This document shows, in pieces, positions 8,897 through 16,775 of a DNA stretch of 64,000 nt; the stretch's first letter is position 1, and the number at the start of each line of letters is the position of its first letter. The stretch lies in NCBI GenBank assembly GCA_903828645.1, contig CAIKNA010000122.1:3563-67562 (forward strand), written 5' to 3'. The notes beneath the pieces were generated by a model. It was not told the DNA's origin. It made no database searches and saw only the letters and a program-made list of their open reading frames with translations. This DNA comes from an uncultured Bacteroidales bacterium. GTDB lineage: Bacteria > Bacteroidota > Bacteroidia > Bacteroidales > FEN-979. A program made the position numbers and the translations under genes.

Positions 8897-10294
8897 TTAG
8901 TTTATTTCGTTGATTTCATCCTTCAGACTGTTTTGATCCAGTTTGTTGTCGCTCCAGATTGATTTCATGATCTGGATGGACTCCTGCATGTCCATTTTAT
9001 CGTTTTGCTCCAGTATTTTCTGCACGAAAATGCACTGCTTTATGCTGGCCTGGTTTTGAACGACATCCTCGGAAAGCGCTTTGCAGGTTGGGGAACCGCA
9101 AATTCCACAATCGACCTGAGGAAGGACACGGTTCAACTCGTAGATCCTTTTCATTTTGATCATTGCTTCCGACATGTTGTCATCAAGTTTGATGATCGAC
9201 CTTGGAAGTACCGGGCCAAGAGGAATGTTTTCAAGCAAAAACGGATCGTTCATGCTGATTTTCCCGGTCTTGCTTTCAGGGGTGTTTCCCTTGGAGTCGC
9301 CCGATTTCACAGCCCTTTTCCTGAGTTTATCAACCGTCATGAACCGATTGCCAGGGCAAAGAATTCCACCGGCGCAACTTTCATCACAGGCACGCAACTC
9401 GAGGAAATCGATGCCGTCAATCTCTTCGTTTTCAACTTTTTCCAGAAATTCAATTACATTGTTGATTTCATCGATCGCAAGGCTCCTGCCCTGTGTCATA
9501 TGGCCGGATTCACCGTGGGTGAGGCTCCAGCAAATTGACTTTTCCGAAAGGTGTGAAAATCCGGTCACTTCCGATTTCTCTTTCTTCTGCCTGAGGATTT
9601 TAAAGATCTTGTTATACAGGTAGTTCATGTTGATGACTCCGTCAATCACCGATTTTTCCTCACCCACCGGACTTTTTACCGCTACAATTTTTGCGGCACA
9701 GGGGGTGACATAAAAAATGCCGATATCTTCAGAAGCAATACCCTGGTCTGTCAATTCTTTCCGGGTATGTAGTGCGGTTACATCCACGGGTGCCTTCAGC
9801 AGGATGATGTTCCCGGCAAGTGTCGGAAACTTTACCTGGATCAGCCTGACAACGGCGGGGCAAAATGGTGAAATCAGCGGTTTTTTCGCTTGATTTTCAC
9901 GGATATATTCATTGAACCGGTCGTTCAGGAACTCAACTCCTTCTTCCACTTCGATTACATGGGTAAATCCCAGTTCATGAACGGCCGAAAGGATTTCGCC
10001 CGAACTTACACTGTCGGGAAATTGCCCGGAGAAAACCGATGGGATGAGTGCAACCCGCGTGTTGTATTTGTATATGTTTTCGAAATCATCCTGTTCGACA
10101 ATGATCGCTCCCACGGGGCAAACCCTGTAACATTCGCCGCAATCGACACACCGGTTGGCATGCAACTGCGCTTTTCCGTGGCTCACGCGGATTGCTTCAG
10201 TGGGACAGATGTTCATGCAATGTGAGCACCCGATGCAGAGGTCTTCCCTGAATTTCAGGGCGTGATGAAATTGGTTGTCTGTTTTACGCTCCAT
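8897..10294 (-). CDS. HydS-like (putative sensory) [FeFe]-hydrogenase homologue: 2x4Fe-4S + degenerate H-domain + C-terminal 4-Cys motif, no PAS
   Basis: 465 aa. N-terminus CIGCSHCMNICP and CVDCGECYRVCP. H-domain motif equivalents are SPFCPAV (vs TSCCPxW), VTPCAAKIVA (vs MPCxxKxxE) and LRACDESCAGG (vs MxCxxGCxxGG). C-terminus CGICGSPTCKALSEDVVQNQASIKQC gives Cx2Cx4Cx16C. Confidence 0.8.
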   Translation of the reverse strand: MERKTDNQFHHALKFREDLCIGCSHCMNICPTEAIRVSHGKAQLHANRCVDCGECYRVCPVGAIIVEQDDFENIYKYNTRVALIPSVFSGQFPDSVSSGEILSAVHELGFTHVIEVEEGVEFLNDRFNEYIRENQAKKPLISPFCPAVVRLIQVKFPTLAGNIILLKAPVDVTALHTRKELTDQGIASEDIGIFYVTPCAAKIVAVKSPVGEEKSVIDGVINMNYLYNKIFKILRQKKEKSEVTGFSHLSEKSICWSLTHGESGHMTQGRSLAIDEINNVIEFLEKVENEEIDGIDFLELRACDESCAGGILCPGNRFMTVDKLRKRAVKSGDSKGNTPESKTGKISMNDPFLLENIPLGPVLPRSIIKLDDNMSEAMIKMKRIYELNRVLPQVDCGICGSPTCKALSEDVVQNQASIKQCIFVQKILEQNDKMDMQESIQIMKSIWSDNKLDQNSLKDEINEIN

Positions 10295-10298
10295 GGTG

Positions 10299-10730
10299 TT
10301 ATTTGTGGAAATAATTCATGATCTCCACGATGGTTCCTGTTCCGACTTCACTGGTGATGCTCAGTTTATCGGCGTTGGTGTTCATGTTCGAAAGGCCCAT
10401 CCCCGCACCAAAACCCATTTCCCGCACCTCGGGCGTGGCCGTGGAATATCCTATTTCCATCGCTTTTTTGATATCCGCGATGCCCGGACCCTCATCCGTA
10501 AGGGTGATGATGATTTTCTCGGTGTCGATATCCACAGCAATCACTCCCCGGTATGCATGGGCGACAATGTTGACCTCGGCTTCATACAGTGCGACAACGG
10601 TGCGTTTGATTACATTCCCTTCGACATTGAGTTGCTTCAGGGTCTTTTTGACCTGGCTGGAAGGGTAACCGGCTTCGGAGAAATTCCCGCCTTCCACCCG
10701 GTACTCGAAGTGCATTTTTTCCGATGACAT
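10299..10730 (-). CDS. RsbW/SpoIIAB-like serine-kinase-type GHKL ATPase
   Basis: The track ORF begins at 10772, but Met15 (ATG 10730) abuts the upstream stop at 10732. Motifs: NIVAHAY, TDEGPGI, GFGAGMGLSNM, SEVGTGT. Confidence 0.75.
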   Translation of the reverse strand: MSSEKMHFEYRVEGGNFSEAGYPSSQVKKTLKQLNVEGNVIKRTVVALYEAEVNIVAHAYRGVIAVDIDTEKIIITLTDEGPGIADIKKAMEIGYSTATPEVREMGFGAGMGLSNMNTNADKLSITSEVGTGTIVEIMNYFHK

Positions 10731-10731
10731 G

Positions 10732-11076
10732 TTAAAAAACCGGTTTAATTCCTGCGTTGAACAGGATTCCACTCACCTTGAACATGGAGTATGGGCTCTG
10801 TATGATGGTTATTCTATTCTCTTTTGCAATCCGGATCATCTCTTCAGTGACCTTCTTATTCCTTACAAATACAACACAGTTTATATCTGACATTTCCGCC
10901 GTACGGATGGCCTGGATGTTCACAAGTCCTGTTAGCAGGAGCAGGTTATCTGTTTTAACCGTGAGTACATCACTCATCAGGTCGGAGGCAAAGGCCATTT
11001 CAACGGTATATTCCAGGTTTTCAGTTCCTGAAACCACGGTACCTTTGATCAGATCAATAATTTGTTTGACTTTCAT
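10732..11076 (-). CDS. DRTGG-domain protein (paralogue 1), first gene of the operon
   Basis: 114 aa. FASDLMSDVLTVKTDNLLLLTGLVN..AIRTAEMSDINCVVFVRNK..ITIIQSPYSMFKVSGILF. Confidence 0.65.
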   Translation of the reverse strand: MKVKQIIDLIKGTVVSGTENLEYTVEMAFASDLMSDVLTVKTDNLLLLTGLVNIQAIRTAEMSDINCVVFVRNKKVTEEMIRIAKENRITIIQSPYSMFKVSGILFNAGIKPVF

Positions 11077-11125
11077 TTTTAATTCAGATGTGTTTCATGG
11101 CAATAAACATTGTCTAATGCGGCGA

Positions 11126-11158
11126 CAAAATTACAACCTCCCGTTGTTATAAACAAGC
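11126..11158 (-). promoter_or_regulatory. candidate Bacteroidota-type promoter (TTG ... TAATTTTG) for the hydrogenase operon
   Basis: The minus strand reads cTTGtttataacaacgggaggttgTAATTTTG, ~50 nt upstream of the 11076 start. This matches the -33 TTTG / -7 TAnnTTTG consensus only partly at -33. Confidence 0.25.
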
Positions 11159-11328
11159 ATAATGTGTTATTTATTTCACAGTGTTAATAAATTCACACCT
11201 AAATTTGAAACAATCAAATCCTTCCTTTCAATATTGGCTAGAGAGTTGATTACGTTGTTCCGGAATCGGTAGGGATGATCAAAACCATGGCACCCATCCT
11301 GGTGCGCAGGAAATTCAGTTTTTTGAAC

Positions 11329-12030
11329 TTATCCGAAAATGATCCTGAACCCGTTGCCATGGATATTGGCAATTTCGATGGAGGGGTCGGCTTTCAGGCA
11401 TTTTCGCAAACGGGCAATAAAGACATCCATGCTGCGCCCGTTAAAGTAATTGTCGTTGCCCCAGATTTTCTCCAGTGCATCTTTACGCAACAGGATACCA
11501 TCCTTGGCAGTACATAACATTTTGAGAAGATTGGCCTCTTTCGGGGAAAGTTGCTGAGTAATGTTCCCGTGCGACAATGTGCGCAGGTTGTAATTGAATA
11601 ATAGTTTTCCGACAGTCATCTCATTTACAACCGAATCATTTTCTACCTGCTGCATTTTCCGCTTCAAAATAGCCTGAAGCTTGAAGAGCAGCACTTCCGA
11701 ATCGAAAGGTTTGGTGATATAATCATCGGCGCCCGTTTTAAATCCTTCGAGCATGTCTTCTTTCAGTGATTTGGCTGTCAGAAAAATAAAAGGGGTGTCA
11801 CTGTTCAATTTTTTTATCTCTTTCGCAAGGGTAAAACCATCCATTTCCGGCATCATCACATCCAGGATACAAATGTCAAATGGTTCGGATCTGATGGCAG
11901 CTAATCCTTGTTTTCCGTCGGGCTTCAAAACGACCTCGAAATCATTTAATTCCAGGTATGACTTCATGATAGATCCGAAATTAGGATCATCCTCGACCAG
12001 CAATATTTTAATTTTATGGTTCATAACCAA
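11329..12030 (-). CDS. OmpR/PhoB-family response regulator
   Basis: 233 aa. Receiver domain (ILLVEDD, ILDVMMPEMDG, LTAK) plus a C-terminal winged-helix domain (LSPKEANLLKML ... GRSMDVFIARLRKCL ... GNGFRI). Confidence 0.9.
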   Translation of the reverse strand: MVMNHKIKILLVEDDPNFGSIMKSYLELNDFEVVLKPDGKQGLAAIRSEPFDICILDVMMPEMDGFTLAKEIKKLNSDTPFIFLTAKSLKEDMLEGFKTGADDYITKPFDSEVLLFKLQAILKRKMQQVENDSVVNEMTVGKLLFNYNLRTLSHGNITQQLSPKEANLLKMLCTAKDGILLRKDALEKIWGNDNYFNGRSMDVFIARLRKCLKADPSIEIANIHGNGFRIIFG

Positions 12031-12051
12031 TGCATTTGTAGGTTCCTAACT

Positions 12052-13941
12052 CTATTCTTCTGTCTCTTTTTCACGAACGCCCGGCAAACTGATTTCAAAC
12101 CGGCTTCCTTTTCCCGGTTCACTCTGGATCCCGATTTCGCCATGATGCGCCAGCACAATGGCTTTAACATAACTAAGCCCGAGTCCGAATCCTTTGATAT
12201 TGTGAATGTTGCCAGAGGTTACCCGGTAAAATTTGTCGAATACTTTCCGCTGCGCTTCATGACTCATTCCAAGCCCGGTATCCTGTACCCCGAAAATGTA
12301 TTTTCCAGACCTGTTGAATGAAAAAACTTCAATCTCCGGTTTTGTGATCGAATATTTATTCGCATTGTCCAGCAGGTTCAGCAACACATTCCGCAGGTGA
12401 TCCTCATCGGCTTCCACCACGGAATGTTCGGCTTCGAGCCGGGTCGTGATGGAACCTTCCCGTTTTTCAACCTGCAGCCTGTAATGCTCAACAGTCTTTT
12501 CAAGAAGGTAATTCATGTCGACCAGTTCCTGTCGAAGTCTGAAATCACGGCTATCCAGCAACGCCATCTGCAGTACCTGCTCTACCCTGGTGTTCATGCG
12601 GTTGTTTTCCTCTTTGATGATACGCGTGAAATTCTTTATCGTCTCAGGTTCAGAGATTACGCGGGAATTGGTAATTGAATCGGCCGCGATGGAAATGGTT
12701 GCAATAGGTGTCTTGAATTCATGGGTCATGTTGTTGATAAAATCAGTCTTGATATCGGATATTTTCTTTTGACGGATCATGACGATGATGCTCCCCCCCG
12801 ATGAAAGAATGATGATGAGGGTGAACAGGGCTGAACCAAGCATCAGCAAAGAGAGTGAACGGAAAACCTGGGACTTCTGGCCCGGAAAAAATACCAGCAG
12901 CATATCGGGCTTCTGAAACAGGTCATTAGGGAACAGGGATATCCTGTGGGCCGAAGACTCGTATTCACCTTTAAAAGCTGCAGACCGTATGGGGATGTGA
13001 TTGCTGTCGCTTGAAGGCGAAAATACAGCAAATTCAAAAGGCAGGTCAATCCCTTTATCCTTAAATGATTTGCTGAGCGTGGCCTGGAGGCTTTTTTTAT
13101 TGATCCGCTGCTGAATGGGGGCAGGTTTTGTTTCAAGAGCTATCGCCATCTGTTTGATCACATCCTGAATCTTCCGGGCCCTGTTATCCAATTTATGGAT
13201 GTTGGTTTTCCGGCTCTGCATGTTGTTCGGGTTATCCTGGCGAAGACGGTGAAACGGGGGAGGCTGGGGAAATTGCGGCACCCTGAAACGCAGAGATTGA
13301 GCGCCTCCCGGACCGGGAGTTTCAATAATAATTTCACCTTCCTCAATGCCTTCAGGACCAATTGGCTGGCCATTGTACCGGTAGTCAGGAGGAGAGGTGT
13401 TGACATTCACCATAGAATCAAGTCTTGCCAGCTGGTCATTCCAGTCAAAATTCATTTCACTTGTATCCATAGCCTGCATTCCCTGGAAAAATTCCTCCAT
13501 ATTTACGGTCACTGAATCCTGACCCCCTGTCACCGGGACTACATTGTACTGGTAGGAATAATGAATTACCCCTGCGGGAGGGTGCTGGTTAATTGGTGGT
13601 GGCGGGGGGTAGCCGGGTGGAGGCCGGTGTTTTGCAAGTGGCATTTCATTAGCCTGGAGGAGCGAATCAAGATGATTCTTAATGATGCTGCTGGTATCCT
13701 TTGTAACTGCCTGTACAATCCTCATGATGCTGTCGCCTTCGAAATTACGGCTGATGAAAAACATATTTTCGCGGGCTTCAATTTTATTCACAACACTTCC
13801 AAGCGCGTCGTTGACACTGCGAACGAACTGAGCCTCCTTCACCTGAAACGCGTTGCGTATCCAGAAAAACTGCACTGCAATAACCCCGAGCAGCGAAATG
13901 CAGATTCCTGCTATTAAAAGGTACAGTATCCTTTTGTTCAT
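12052..13941 (-). CDS. sensor histidine kinase with large proline-rich extracytoplasmic region
   Basis: 629 aa with two TM segments. H-box NNMTHEFKTPIATI, N box LLDNANKYS, G boxes VQDTGLGM and GFGLGLSYV. The sensor region contains HRPPPGYPPPPPINQHPP and PQFPQPPPF. Confidence 0.9.
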   Translation of the reverse strand: MNKRILYLLIAGICISLLGVIAVQFFWIRNAFQVKEAQFVRSVNDALGSVVNKIEARENMFFISRNFEGDSIMRIVQAVTKDTSSIIKNHLDSLLQANEMPLAKHRPPPGYPPPPPINQHPPAGVIHYSYQYNVVPVTGGQDSVTVNMEEFFQGMQAMDTSEMNFDWNDQLARLDSMVNVNTSPPDYRYNGQPIGPEGIEEGEIIIETPGPGGAQSLRFRVPQFPQPPPFHRLRQDNPNNMQSRKTNIHKLDNRARKIQDVIKQMAIALETKPAPIQQRINKKSLQATLSKSFKDKGIDLPFEFAVFSPSSDSNHIPIRSAAFKGEYESSAHRISLFPNDLFQKPDMLLVFFPGQKSQVFRSLSLLMLGSALFTLIIILSSGGSIIVMIRQKKISDIKTDFINNMTHEFKTPIATISIAADSITNSRVISEPETIKNFTRIIKEENNRMNTRVEQVLQMALLDSRDFRLRQELVDMNYLLEKTVEHYRLQVEKREGSITTRLEAEHSVVEADEDHLRNVLLNLLDNANKYSITKPEIEVFSFNRSGKYIFGVQDTGLGMSHEAQRKVFDKFYRVTSGNIHNIKGFGLGLSYVKAIVLAHHGEIGIQSEPGKGSRFEISLPGVREKETEE

Positions 13942-13980
13942 GATGCAAAAATAAGGATAAGGAAAAGGTTGATGACCAAG

Positions 13981-14018
13981 ATTAACCTTTCATTAACCAA
14001 CTTTAACGTTTTATTAAC
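13981..14018. promoter_or_regulatory. four direct (A/T)TTAAC repeats at 10-11 bp spacing in the divergent intergenic region
   Basis: ATTAAC at 13981, ATTAAC at 13992, TTTAAC at 14002 and ATTAAC at 14013 give spacings of 11, 10 and 11 bp. They lie between the kinase start (13941) and the + gene start (14077). Confidence 0.35.
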
Positions 14019-14076
14019 ATTTTCAGTCACTTACCCGCCTTAGATTTGCATAAGAAAATTAAGCAAGGAGAACCCC

Positions 14077-14865
14077 ATGAAAAGAAAACCATTCACACTG
14101 AAAATCGCCCTGTTATCGGCAGCATGGATGATGCTGTTCATCTTTATTACCGGGAAGGCATTTTCCCAGGAAAATAACGGGAAACCTAACCAGAAGAGAA
14201 TAGTCGTAAAAATTGTCACAGAGGATAACGGGAAAACGACCATGGTTGATACGACCATGGAAATGCCCGACTCATCACAGATGGATTCTGTCAGAAAACA
14301 AATTGACAAGATAATCATGTTTGATGGCGGTGGTAAACATCACCATGGTAAAATTCACGGCATGCCGCAGGGATTTTCATACGATTTCGGAATGCCTCCG
14401 CCGCCTGAATGTCCGATGGGACTGGACGAACCTGAAGGTATGGAAATGGATGTCATGGAGGATGACAACGACAGCGAAGGGAACGGTTGGGAACAAACAG
14501 CTCCGCGCGCAGAATGCAGGATGATGCGATCGGGCGGGCATCGTCAAACTTTAACGGATATTTTGGGCGATATCCCGATGGACAGGGTTGTAAGTTATTC
14601 CATCAAGGATCGGAAAAATGGCAAGCGGATCATCATTGATCTGAATAACGCTTCGATTTTCGAAAGAGAGGACAGGGTTATTGTCATCCATGGATCAGGG
14701 AAGATGCAACAAAGCAAACATCACCCTCAACACCAGGTCAAGGTATATATGAAAAGGGATGATGATGAAAAAATGGACAAAAATCCGGAACAACCTGCAC
14801 CATCATCTGTGCCCCCGCCATCGGCCAACCCCGATAAATCATCCCCAAAGAAGCCTAAAATCTGA
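14077..14865 (+). CDS. secreted hypothetical protein, His/Met/acidic-rich with Pro-rich tail
   Basis: 262 aa. Signal peptide (LLSAAWMMLFIFITGKAFSQ), GGGKHHHGKIHGMPQG, PEGMEMDVMEDDNDSEG, KHHPQHQ, and C-terminal PAPSSVPPPSANPDKSSPKKPK. Confidence 0.6.
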   Translation: MKRKPFTLKIALLSAAWMMLFIFITGKAFSQENNGKPNQKRIVVKIVTEDNGKTTMVDTTMEMPDSSQMDSVRKQIDKIIMFDGGGKHHHGKIHGMPQGFSYDFGMPPPPECPMGLDEPEGMEMDVMEDDNDSEGNGWEQTAPRAECRMMRSGGHRQTLTDILGDIPMDRVVSYSIKDRKNGKRIIIDLNNASIFEREDRVIVIHGSGKMQQSKHHPQHQVKVYMKRDDDEKMDKNPEQPAPSSVPPPSANPDKSSPKKPKI

Positions 14866-14907
14866 ATCATCCCGTTCTTTATACCTACATTGTTAGTAAT
14901 GTGCGCT

Positions 14908-14941
14908 AAAACTGCCGTCTGATTCACGGCAGTTTTTTTTA
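14908..14941 (+). terminator. intrinsic terminator
   Basis: aaaaCTGCCGTctgattcACGGCAGtttttttt, 43 nt after the stop at 14865. Confidence 0.8.
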
Positions 14942-14966
14942 TGGAAATTTTCCCGTTCTTTGCACC

Positions 14967-15734
14967 ATGCCACTCTATCTTGCCTCGCTCAATTCGGGAA
15001 GCAACGGAAATTGCTATTACATCGGCAATGATACGGAAGCCGTACTGATCGATGCGGGCATCTCATGCAGGGAAACAGAGCGCAGGATGATCCGGCTTGG
15101 ATTGCCCATACGAAATGTAAAGGCGATATTCATCACGCATGAACATACCGACCATACGCGTGGGACTGAAGTGCTCTCCCGTAAATTCGGGATTCCCGTC
15201 TATATAACCGGAACTACTTACCGCCACAGCCGCATGAAACTTGATCCAAAGGTTATGAAATCTTTTACTGCCGGCACCCCTGTTGAGGTCGGGAACCTCC
15301 GTGTGAATCCCTTTTCAAAACGGCATGATGCCTCCCAACCGCATAGCTTTACGGTTAGTTCAAATGGCATTACGGCAGGTGTATTTACGGATATCGGCAT
15401 TGCCTGCGATCAGGTCGTACTCCATCTCAGCCAATGTCATGCAGCCTTCCTGGAGGCAAACTATGATGAAAAAATGCTCGAAGGAGGACGCTACCCTTTT
15501 TTTCTGAAACAGCGGATCCGGGGAGAGGAGGGACACCTTTCAAACGACCAGGCACTGGAGCTCTTTAAAACCCATGGGCCAGTTTACATGCAACTGCTGG
15601 TCCTTTCACATCTTTCGGCGGAGAACAACCACCCCCAGCTGGTACATGACCTCTTCAGCAGCCATGCAAACGGCATAAAAATCGTCGTGGCTTCCCGGTT
15701 CGAGGAGACCGAATTGTTTTGCATTCAGGAGTAA
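14967..15734 (+). CDS. MBL-fold metallo-hydrolase
   Basis: 255 aa with the ITHEHTDH motif and GNCYYIG..AVLIDAG at the N-terminus. Confidence 0.85.
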   Translation: MPLYLASLNSGSNGNCYYIGNDTEAVLIDAGISCRETERRMIRLGLPIRNVKAIFITHEHTDHTRGTEVLSRKFGIPVYITGTTYRHSRMKLDPKVMKSFTAGTPVEVGNLRVNPFSKRHDASQPHSFTVSSNGITAGVFTDIGIACDQVVLHLSQCHAAFLEANYDEKMLEGGRYPFFLKQRIRGEEGHLSNDQALELFKTHGPVYMQLLVLSHLSAENNHPQLVHDLFSSHANGIKIVVASRFEETELFCIQE

Positions 15735-15851
15735 GGTTGCATCCGATTCTCAAAGAAAGATTAAACATTATTCTCCGGATAATTAATGGATGGTCAACCG
15801 GTACTTCTGTTCAGGAAAACCCAAGGTGATCTATTAACCGGGAAAACAAGC

Positions 15852-16703
15852 TTACTTTTCGTTGGGATCAATAAGTCCCGATTCCCGCTGAAGGATGTCG
15901 GGGATTACCAGTGGCGGGTGGTTCCGGATACGGCCATCCATCCTGTCGCGGGTGTCGCGGATCATTTCCACCGAAGCCTCATATGCATCGCTGAATGAAC
16001 TGCCTTGTTGCATCAGTTTTCGTTCCATTTGCTCTGCAGCAATGGAATACTCCATCTCTTCGCATGAAATCTGCCCGTCGATCCATATCTCCTTTGCCGG
16101 GATGAAATGATAGACCAGGTCATTCCCGCTGAATCCATAATCGGGAAAGATGTTCTTCCTTACCAGGTAGCCATCGACTATCCACACGCTGATGCCATCC
16201 ACGATTCGCACAGGAATGCGGTAAATCCCCGTTAACCTGATGCTGTCGGGCTTTGTTCTGATCTCTTTACGGTTTGTCCAGTCGGTAGGTGCAACCGCAG
16301 GCAGGGAGGACTCATGGCTGCGGCTGATGCTGTCCCAGCCATGCCTTATAACCAATTCAACGGCAAGGGAAGAGTCGTGGGCCCTGTCGTAAGTCCACCC
16401 GAATTTTGCCATCAGGTGACGCTCATTCAGCTCATGTATTAGGGTGAGTTCATATTCTTCGCAGGAGAGTGCATTGTCGATCCAGATCTCACCGGGAGGG
16501 GTATAACAATACCTTTGATCATTTCCGCCATAAAGGAATTCCTTATAGACCGATTGCCGGATTTTATAACCATCGACGATCCAGACATCCAGCCCGTTTT
16601 TCTTCCCGGAATAGAAGCGGTAAACCCCAGGAACGGTCTGCTTGTGCCCACATCCAAGTAATATTATAGGTAAGATAATGAATAACAGGTGTTTGATTTT
16701 CAT
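15852..16703 (-). CDS. lipoprotein with an internally duplicated ~120-aa domain, function unknown
   Basis: The likely start is Met13 of the track ORF (MKIKHLLFIILPIILLGCG, a lipobox). Two copies of VWIVDGY.(I/V)R...(Y/F)......GND..Y...P..EIWID...SCEE.E....E..ER.LM. Confidence 0.6.
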   Translation of the reverse strand: MKIKHLLFIILPIILLGCGHKQTVPGVYRFYSGKKNGLDVWIVDGYKIRQSVYKEFLYGGNDQRYCYTPPGEIWIDNALSCEEYELTLIHELNERHLMAKFGWTYDRAHDSSLAVELVIRHGWDSISRSHESSLPAVAPTDWTNRKEIRTKPDSIRLTGIYRIPVRIVDGISVWIVDGYLVRKNIFPDYGFSGNDLVYHFIPAKEIWIDGQISCEEMEYSIAAEQMERKLMQQGSSFSDAYEASVEMIRDTRDRMDGRIRNHPPLVIPDILQRESGLIDPNEK

Positions 16704-16775
16704 GATACAAATTGAATTTAGGATCATCAAAGGTAACACTTCATTTGGTAACTTTGCACTTCATAGATTGCTGCC

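Noticed and set aside
11230-11328. Possible terminator after the response-regulator gene that would separate the two-component genes from the hydrogenase operon
   Set aside because: Only a 5-bp stem (ggatg..catcc) is present, with no U-tract. I cannot decide from the sequence whether transcription reads through into the operon at 11076.
16330-16420. HELNERH in the duplicated-domain lipoprotein as a zinc-metalloprotease HExxH motif
   Set aside because: The spacing is HExxxxH, not HExxH, and the second domain copy lacks both His residues. There is not enough evidence to call it a peptidase.
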